A DNA stretch of 24,686 bases. Source: Leidyana gryllorum EB-2025a (taxonomy: Eukaryota; Protista; Apicomplexa). This document shows positions 18,589 to 24,686 of the stretch, in pieces (position 1 is the stretch's first letter; each line of letters starts with the position of its first letter). The notes beneath the pieces are model-generated. The model made no database searches, was not told where the DNA came from, and saw only the letters and a program-made list of their open reading frames with translations. Location: positions 1 to 24,686 of the forward strand of contig JBLWGC010000148.1 in the NCBI GenBank assembly GCA_048772705.1, written 5' to 3'. The position numbers and the translations under genes are program-made.

Positions 18589-20333
18589 TCAGCTCCACTG
18601 CGCTATTCTCGCTCTGGTTGTCTGCGCCGACTCATCTGTCGTCACTACCTTTTCCCAACCGCCACAAAAGCCACAAGGCCTATTCGCAGAGGCGAAGTCG
18701 CCCACTCCACACCGCCCACAAGCCTTTGCTAGCTCGCGCAGCTCTATGAAGGTCGCCCCTGGGGCTAAGTACCTTAGAAGCTGGCACATGGCGCCAAGCT
18801 TCCCAGCTCCTCTGATCACCACCAAACTCTGTCTCTCTGCCCGAGTCGGCGTGTAGGGCGGAGGAGGAGGCACCAAGTGGTCATCAGTCAGCTCGGTCCA
18901 TACTGACTCCGCGTCGCGACCATTCAGTTTGGCGCCGCAGAGGTCTTCAACCCAATAAGTTAGACCTCCACGGACGCACGCCAACATGTCAACTTCTCGT
19001 AGTTGACGGAGTTCCTCTTCCTTCGCCTCCATATATCGCCTTATTCGGGTGTCGTCGACTGAGGGCCACTTGAAACCACAGAGACAATATCGAGGAAGCT
19101 TAGACGGCGGGAGTCCCGCCTTCGAAACCAAACGATCTCCCCCGCAGACCAAGCATTGTTGAAAGACTTTGCCTTGTATCTTTCGTGGGGTCCGCAGTGA
19201 GCTGTGAAAATGATCATTACGAATTCCACAATCGAAGCTCACCTGAGGCACGCGGCAGTGGCAGTGCTGATTAGGCGCCAGAAGATTGGGTACGCCACCC
19301 AGAAACGGAAACGCGAGGCTTTGCAGAGATCGAATTCGGGGTCCACGCCTCCGATACTTTTCTCTAGGTCATTAGCGACCAGTGCGACGATGTCCATTGC
19401 CGACTGGTCCTGGTAAAGTGGTAATTCCCTGTGCGGGAATGGATGTACTATGTGCAGTCCGATTGAGAAGCGCCTGGAGGGGTCACTAATTTCCCGCGCT
19501 TTCTGCATCAGAACATTCATCGCAACAGTAGTTATGCGGTGCAATGTAGAGGATTGTGGTAGGCAGGGCATCAAACGAGGAATGGTCAATGAGAGGTGTG
19601 ATCTAGGGGCATCGTTTAGGGCTGGTGGGGGAACTGTAGGGACACAGTCTTCTGGCATGGTACTCGTCAACTCCGTTTCTGGCTGAGACGCGTCGGGGCA
19701 GACTAGACTCTCCATCTTCTTGAGTACTGGGGCGAGATGATCCGTAATATTGTGTCGTTCAGGATGGGTATCGAATCGTTGAAGACCAACGAAAATCGCA
19801 ATGCAGTTCGCAGGCCAATTGCGTGGGATGCAGACGGGATGTAAGCTTATGCGGGGTTGTGAAACGCCGAGTATGCGCAGGTAGGGAGGGATCTTATTGA
19901 GGAGTTCCGCCATCTGTGTGGTTCGCATCCAGTACATGGCCTCGACGAGCAGGAGAACACTCCCATTGGTATACCACGTTTTGTACGCGCTTTGGGCACT
20001 CTGCAATGCCGTTTTAACCCATGTGTGGCCGTTGCTTCGCAGTATTAGAAATCCTGAACAATAAGTGTTTGGCTCTTCGGCGGACTCAAATGCATGTGGC
20101 TGAGATGTACGGCAGTAAACGTGGTTGAAGGGTGGCCCACTGGAACCGAAACTCCACTCAGTCGCACACGTGGAGTTCATACAGCTTTGTATGTACATCT
20201 CATCGTCTACGCAGTGGATTGTGATAGGGGGCAAGCATTTCGGCGTGGGAGTCCAGATGAACTTCACACCTTCAGCCGAGCCCCAGCCCTTGACACTGAC
20301 TGTCATTCGCTCAATCTTCGGAAATGAGGACAT
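18589..20333 (-). CDS. Hypothetical ~567-aa Cys-rich protein (mirror copy; intron 19202-19242)
   Basis: ORF translations identical to 5504-6598 and 6586-7248. Confidence 0.65.
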
Positions 20334-20828
20334 AATCCTGAATGCAGGGCGGGTTTAAAATCTTTCCGAATGATGGCAGCAAAAGGCTGGTGCTCTGGGT
20401 GCAGAGCCGGAAGTTGAAGGAAGCTAAGCAGGTCGAGCTCACCATACCGGATCGGTCAAATCATCTCGAGGAGTTGGCGGCTATCTGTCCGACACGAAGC
20501 ATCTTGAGATGGAAGGGCAACTCTGATCTTTCTTCGAGGCCACTCCTCCGCGAAAACAAGGGCTGCCCATGCATCGGTCAGGGTTGCAGAATTCATTGGA
20601 TCTGCTTGTGTACATTGAGTGACGAGCGAGTTCTTCCGATTAAGACCGCATCGCTGAAGAGTGTATGGCCCGGAGTAGAGAAGGCGGCTAATGGTGATGT
20701 ATGCCTCTTGTTTGCGTTGTTGCATGTGGCCAACCACGACCAGGACAGCCTCGGCCAGTGGCCAGCCTCACGAGTCAGTCACTATTGACGGAGGTTACTG
20801 GAGCACTTTGCTCGAATGGTCCAATGAC

Positions 20829-20900
20829 TTCCACTGCCGGGATTGAACCCGGATCATGCGGGTGAGAGCCGCATATCCTAACCACTTAGACTACAGTGGA
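20829..20900 (-). tRNA. tRNA-Glu(CTC)
   Basis: Mirror of 4937-5008. Confidence 0.8.
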
Positions 20901-21216
20901 CAAGCTCCCGAGATGACCAAAGCTTGTCTATGGTGCGGTGGCCTAATGGATATGGCCATCCGCATCATAGCCTCGCACGCGGAAGACGTTCCGTTTCGAC
21001 CGAGGCAAGCTTGCTAGCTGTATGGGGGCCACTGCTGCGCATGTCGAGTTGAAGTGCTTGTGATATAATTTTCCTCCACTTGGAGGAAGTGCTCTATTCG
21101 ATTCCCGAACACTCCGTTTTTTAGTAGGGTGCAGACTGCCCTACCGAAGTGGGCTAACGAGGTGGCTGTATTGGTTCTAAAAACTGCTTATCCCATCGGG
21201 TCAACCGACAACCAAG

Positions 21217-21290
21217 AGGGCTGTTCTTGGAATCGAACCCGGGACTCCTTCCACACTAAGGAAGGATCGTACCACTAGACCAAACTGCCG
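21217..21290 (-). pseudogene. tRNA-Pro body, anticodon AGT
   Basis: Mirror of 4547-4620. Confidence 0.75.
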
Positions 21291-21466
21291 CCTGTTGGTC
21301 GTGCAACCCGCTGAGGACAGTTGAGACATACTATGTTGAGAACCAACAAATGCGATGGAGTGTGCACAAGGGACAACTAGCTCAAATGGTAGAGCACTCG
21401 CTTAGCATGCGCACTACATGGAAGACCTATTGGATGCAGTGACTGACCGAGGGCCGATACAACGGC

Positions 21467-21547
21467 TGACAAGAGTGGGATTCGAACCCACGCCCTTTCG
21501 GACTGCGGCCTTAACACAGCGCCTTGGACCATCTCGGCCATCTTGCC
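21467..21547 (-). tRNA. tRNA-Leu(AAG) with a 1-nt D-loop insertion
   Basis: Mirror of 4291-4370. Confidence 0.82.
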
Positions 21548-21642
21548 GGAGTGCCCTTGGCTCGCCACTTTACACGCTTTCTGTCCGTGAAGTCTCGAGA
21601 AGGGAGGACTTTTGGGGTTGAAGGCCGGGGTATCCACGAGCG

Positions 21643-21714
21643 TCCGAGATAGTATAGTGCTTAGTATTTCCGCCTGTCACTCGGAAGACCCGGGTTCGAT
21701 TACCGGTCTCGGAG
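21643..21714 (+). pseudogene. tRNA-Asp(GTC), degenerate
   Basis: Mirror of 4124-4195. Confidence 0.8.
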
Positions 21715-21767
21715 ACACTTCGTTCTTCCGCTTTAGATTTCGTGGTGCTCGCCTGACAAACGCGAGT

Positions 21768-21839
21768 TACAGCCACCGAAGATCGAACTCGGGACCTTCT
21801 GCGTGTTAACAGACGTCGTGACCACTAGACCATGGCTGC
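21768..21839 (-). pseudogene. tRNA-Val(AAC), degenerate
   Basis: Mirror of 3999-4070. Confidence 0.8.
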
Positions 21840-21902
21840 ACGGAAGGTCCCGCAGATCAAGAGGAGTGGTGAGGTTTCACAAAGCAGTGAGAATTAGTTG
21901 TG

Positions 21903-21974
21903 AGGTCGCGCCGGGAATCGAACCCAGATCGGGAGATTCAAAGTCTCCAGTGCTAACCACTACACCACGCAGCC
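21903..21974 (-). tRNA. tRNA-Gln(TTG)
   Basis: Mirror of 3864-3935. Confidence 0.85.
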
Positions 21975-22251
21975 CATTCACTCCTTCACAAAAAGAGTTG
22001 GTAGAGCCTCCGGACTAGCCCTCAACCGGACACTTGCAACACGCGTATCTCTACTAACCTCTGAGATATTGGAACTGGCTCTTGTACCTTAGTCGGCAGA
22101 GCGTGTGGTTGTAAAATACAAACTCGCAGATCCGGTCTCTGAGGCAACCTTCACACATACTGCGGTGCCCAAGTCCATCTAAGGGCTACAGGGCACCCTC
22201 AAAGCTCTCAACTCTGTAGTCAAATAGCGCCAGTTGCAGCACTACAAACTT

Positions 22252-22324
22252 TGGACGACCTGGGCATTGATCCCAGTACCTCTTGCACGCTAAGCGAGCG
22301 CTTCACCATTTGAGCTAGTCCCCC
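22252..22324 (-). pseudogene. tRNA-Ala(AGC), degenerate
   Basis: Mirror of 3514-3586. Confidence 0.75.
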
Positions 22325-22411
22325 GCTGTGCAGACCCCATCGCATTTAGTGGTACTTCACATAGTATGACCACTCTCTCGAGTGTACCCAGCGGGTTGCA
22401 CGACCGACAGG

Positions 22412-22485
22412 CGGCTGTTTGGTCTAGTGGTATGATCCTTCCTTAGGGTGGAAGGAGTCCTGGGTTTGATTCCCAGAACAGCCCT
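22412..22485 (+). pseudogene. tRNA-Pro(AGG), degenerate
   Basis: Mirror of 3353-3426. Confidence 0.75.
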
Positions 22486-22609
22486 CTGGGTTGTCGGTTG
22501 ACCCGATGGGATAAGCAGTTTTAGAAGTAACACAGCCACCGCGTCGACACTCAAGGCAATTAACATCTCAAGAATTGCATTTCGGCTACCTCTTCCATGT
22601 TGCAGACTA

Positions 22610-22681
22610 AGCAGTGCAGCTCAGCGGAAGAGTGTTGGGCTCACAACCCAAAGGTCAGTCGATCGAAACGACTCACTGCTA
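22610..22681 (+). tRNA. Initiator tRNA-Met body with anticodon CAC (right arm only)
   Basis: ttggg-ctcacaa-cccaa; T arm agtcg-atcgaaa-cgact; U8>C. Confidence 0.82.
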
Positions 22682-22729
22682 AGTGTGCGCAAAAGCGAAA
22701 CAGTCTAGAATAGATCGGCTCGTGACCAA

Positions 22730-22801
22730 AGCCTTCTGCCGGAATCGAACCGGCGACCTTTCGCTTACTAAGCGAATGCTCTGCCCCTAAGCTAAGAAGG
22801 C
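22730..22801 (-). tRNA. tRNA-Thr(AGT) (right arm only, empty upstream site)
   Basis: Same body as 7437-7508. Confidence 0.92.
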
Positions 22802-22850
22802 AATGCAAGCCGAAGATCACGAAACAGTCTCTATTGACGGAGATTACTGC

Positions 22851-22900
22851 ACGTCTGCTTAAAACGCAGAAGGTCCGGAGTTCAATCCTCCGTGGCTGTA
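22851..22900 (+). pseudogene. tRNA-Val 3' fragment, anticodon mutated to AAA
   Basis: tctgc-ttaaaac-gcaga...tggctgta. Confidence 0.7.
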
Positions 22901-22952
22901 ACACACATCGTTCAGGCAAGCATCACGGAATCTAGAGCGGAAGACGATCTAT

Positions 22953-23024
22953 CTCCGAGACCGGGAATCGAACCCGGGTCTTCCGCGTGACAGGCGGAAA
23001 TACTAACCACTATACTATCTCGGA
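22953..23024 (-). tRNA. tRNA-Asp(GTC), intact
   Basis: Mirror of 3068-3139 with a perfect acceptor stem. Confidence 0.93.
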
Positions 23025-23118
23025 CGCTCCGAACACACCGGCCTGAAACCCCAAAAGTCCTCCCTTCTCGAGACTTCACCAACAGAAAACGTGTAAAGTG
23101 GCGAGCCAAGAACACTTC

Positions 23119-23198
23119 GGCAAGATGGCCGAGTGGTCTAAGGCGCTGTGTTAAGGCCGCAGTCCGAAAGGGCGTGGGTTCGAATCCCACTCTTGTCA
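23119..23198 (+). tRNA. tRNA-Leu(AAG)
   Basis: Mirror of 2894-2973. Confidence 0.93.
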
Positions 23199-23258
23199 GC
23201 CGTTGTATCGGCACTCGGTCAGCCACTGGATGCAGAAGGTTCTCCATGTAGAGCGGAT

Positions 23259-23331
23259 GGGCGGCTAGCTCAGATGGTAGAGCGCTCGCTTTGCATGCGA
23301 GAGGTACTGGGATCGATACCCAGGTCGTCCA
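23259..23331 (+). tRNA. tRNA-Ala(TGC)
   Basis: Mirror of 2761-2833. Confidence 0.93.
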
Positions 23332-23400
23332 AACTCGGTAGGGCGACCTGTCGGTAGTTAAATACAGAGTTGCGACCTCTAACAGAGCGTCGCATATCGC

Positions 23401-23479
23401 AGCTCCCGGCACCGCTAGGCTTCGAGACTGCGACTTTGTGGTAAACAGCTACACGCTTTGCCGACTGAGCTACAAGACC
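23401..23479 (-). pseudogene. tRNA-Asn(GTT) pseudogene
   Basis: Mirror of 2613-2691. Confidence 0.6.
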
Positions 23480-23602
23480 TGCAATGTTCTTCCAAGCGAG
23501 GAAAAATCATACCTGCAGACCAAACAGCCCCCTGGTCGGGCCTGGTGCCGAAGCTTGTCAGCGTCTCTGTCAGTCTGCCACGGCTGATTGAGGCGTGCCT
23601 CC

Positions 23603-23673
23603 TGCGTCTGCCGGGAATAGTACCTGGGTCGTCTCGGTGGCAACGACACATTCTACCCCTAGACCACAGATGC
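23603..23673 (-). pseudogene. tRNA-Gly(GCC), degenerate
   Basis: Mirror of 2419-2489. Confidence 0.8.
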
Positions 23674-23769
23674 ATGACTCGTTGTTGTTCAAGCTCGTGC
23701 ACAATAACGGCCGTTTTGCTTCAAATGAGAAGACAGAATCGAGTTGAGCAAGTATGACGGGTAGTTTGT

Positions 23770-23835
23770 GGGTACGTAGCTCAGTGGTAGAGCAGCTGAC
23801 TCCAGATCACCGTGGTCCAACTCCGCGCGTGCCCT
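23770..23835 (+). pseudogene. tRNA-Cys-body pseudogene, anticodon CCA
   Basis: Mirror of 2257-2322 with G34>C at 23802. Confidence 0.75.
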
Positions 23836-23962
23836 AAAGATGACCTGAAGGTTGAAGATGTTGGAAATTCATCCCTGACCACATGCCAATGAGGGTGTAT
23901 GGCGGACGGTGGCGCGCAGAAATCGCCCGAGTGTCTCGGGGTGCTGCAGATCTTTCGCAATT

Positions 23963-24033
23963 GCACTTGTGGTCTAAGGGTAAGATGCGACCCTTCCAAG
24001 GTCGTAACCCGGGTTCGAGTTCCGGCAGGTGCA
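23963..24033 (+). tRNA. tRNA-Gly(TCC)
   Basis: Mirror of 2059-2129 with one T-arm substitution. Confidence 0.85.
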
Positions 24034-24100
24034 GCTGTATGTAGGTCGAACGACCTGTCTATCGGTGAAGAGAGGGGACGACTCAATACAATACAACGGT

Positions 24101-24180
24101 TGACAAGAGTGGGATTCGAACCCACGCCCTTTCGGACTGCGGCCTTAACACAGCGCCTTGGACCACTCGGCCATCTTGCC
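24101..24180 (-). tRNA. tRNA-Leu(AAG)
   Basis: Mirror of 1912-1991. Confidence 0.92.
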
Positions 24181-24274
24181 CTAATGTTGTTGGCTCGCCG
24201 CCCCACGCGTTTTCTATCCGTGGAATCTCAAAATGGAAGAACTTCTGGGGATGGAGGCCGGCGTATCGAGAGCG

Positions 24275-24345
24275 TCCGAGATAGTATAGCGGTTAGGATT
24301 TCCGCCTATCACGCGGAAGACCAGGGTCGATTCCCGGTCTCGGAG
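24275..24345 (+). pseudogene. tRNA-Asp-derived pseudogene, anticodon ATC
   Basis: Mirror of 1747-1817. Confidence 0.8.
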
Positions 24346-24398
24346 CACAGTTCGTTTTTCCGCTTCAGATTTCGTGGTGCTCAGATAAAGTTGCGAGC

Positions 24399-24471
24399 TA
24401 CAGCCACCGAGGATCGAACTCGGGACCTTCTGCGTGTGAAGCAGACGTCGTAACCACTAGACCATGGCTGC
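24399..24471 (-). tRNA. tRNA-Val(CAC)
   Basis: Mirror of 1621-1693. Confidence 0.92.
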
Positions 24472-24591
24472 GCGGAGCTTTCGGACTGTGAAAGGGGCGT
24501 GTGTCTTTGGAAACAGGTGTCTGATGAGGGGCGAAAACCACGGAATGATATGAGGTCTGCACAGCGGGCGGCTAGCTCAACAAGATATTAT

Positions 24592-24662
24592 GCATCTGTG
24601 GTCTAGTGGTAGAATGTCTCGTTGCCATCGAGACGACCCGGGTTCGATTCCCGGCAGATGCA
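24592..24662 (+). tRNA. tRNA-Gly(GCC)
   Basis: Mirror of 1430-1500. Confidence 0.93.
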
Positions 24663-24686
24663 GAAAACACAGTTGGTTTTCCCACG

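Larger units (their letters stand above)
18425..20767 (-). mobile_element. Mirror copy of the 2343-bp insertion
   Basis: Reverse complement of 5070-7412; the tRNA-proximal TSD copy has 2 mismatches (18420-18421). Confidence 0.85.
13517..24685. repeat. Right arm of the inverted duplication (reaches window end)
   Basis: Near-identical reverse complement of 1407-12257, with an extra 51 bp at 13818-13868, a 13-bp duplication near 18100 and a different block at 22552-22952. Confidence 0.97.

Overview
Eukaryotic DNA, probably protist; the taxon cannot be fixed from sequence alone. The evidence is tRNA genes without encoded CCA, ANN anticodons, and an A1:U72 initiator tRNA with an AUCG T-loop. Almost the whole window is one giant inverted duplication: left arm ~1407-12257, unique 1.26-kb spacer 12258-13516, right arm 13517-24685 running to the window edge. 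Reading inward, each arm carries four parts. (i) A dense, internally re-duplicated array of intact and decayed tRNA genes. (ii) A 2.34-kb insertion with a 9-bp target-site duplication just upstream of tRNA-Thr; it encodes an unrecognised Cys-rich protein (two ORFs joined in frame by a predicted 41-nt GT-AG intron) and ends in a long hairpin with a 12-bp-periodic motif. (iii) A convergent tRNA-Thr/initiator-tRNA pair. (iv) A decayed DIRS-like retroelement (ORF1, RT, RNase H relic, tyrosine recombinase). Three initiator-tRNA bodies carry three different anticodons (CAT, CAA, CAC). Most listed ORFs are shadows of tRNAs or pseudogene fragments. All alignments were done by eye, and an assembly or amplification artefact cannot be excluded for the palindrome.
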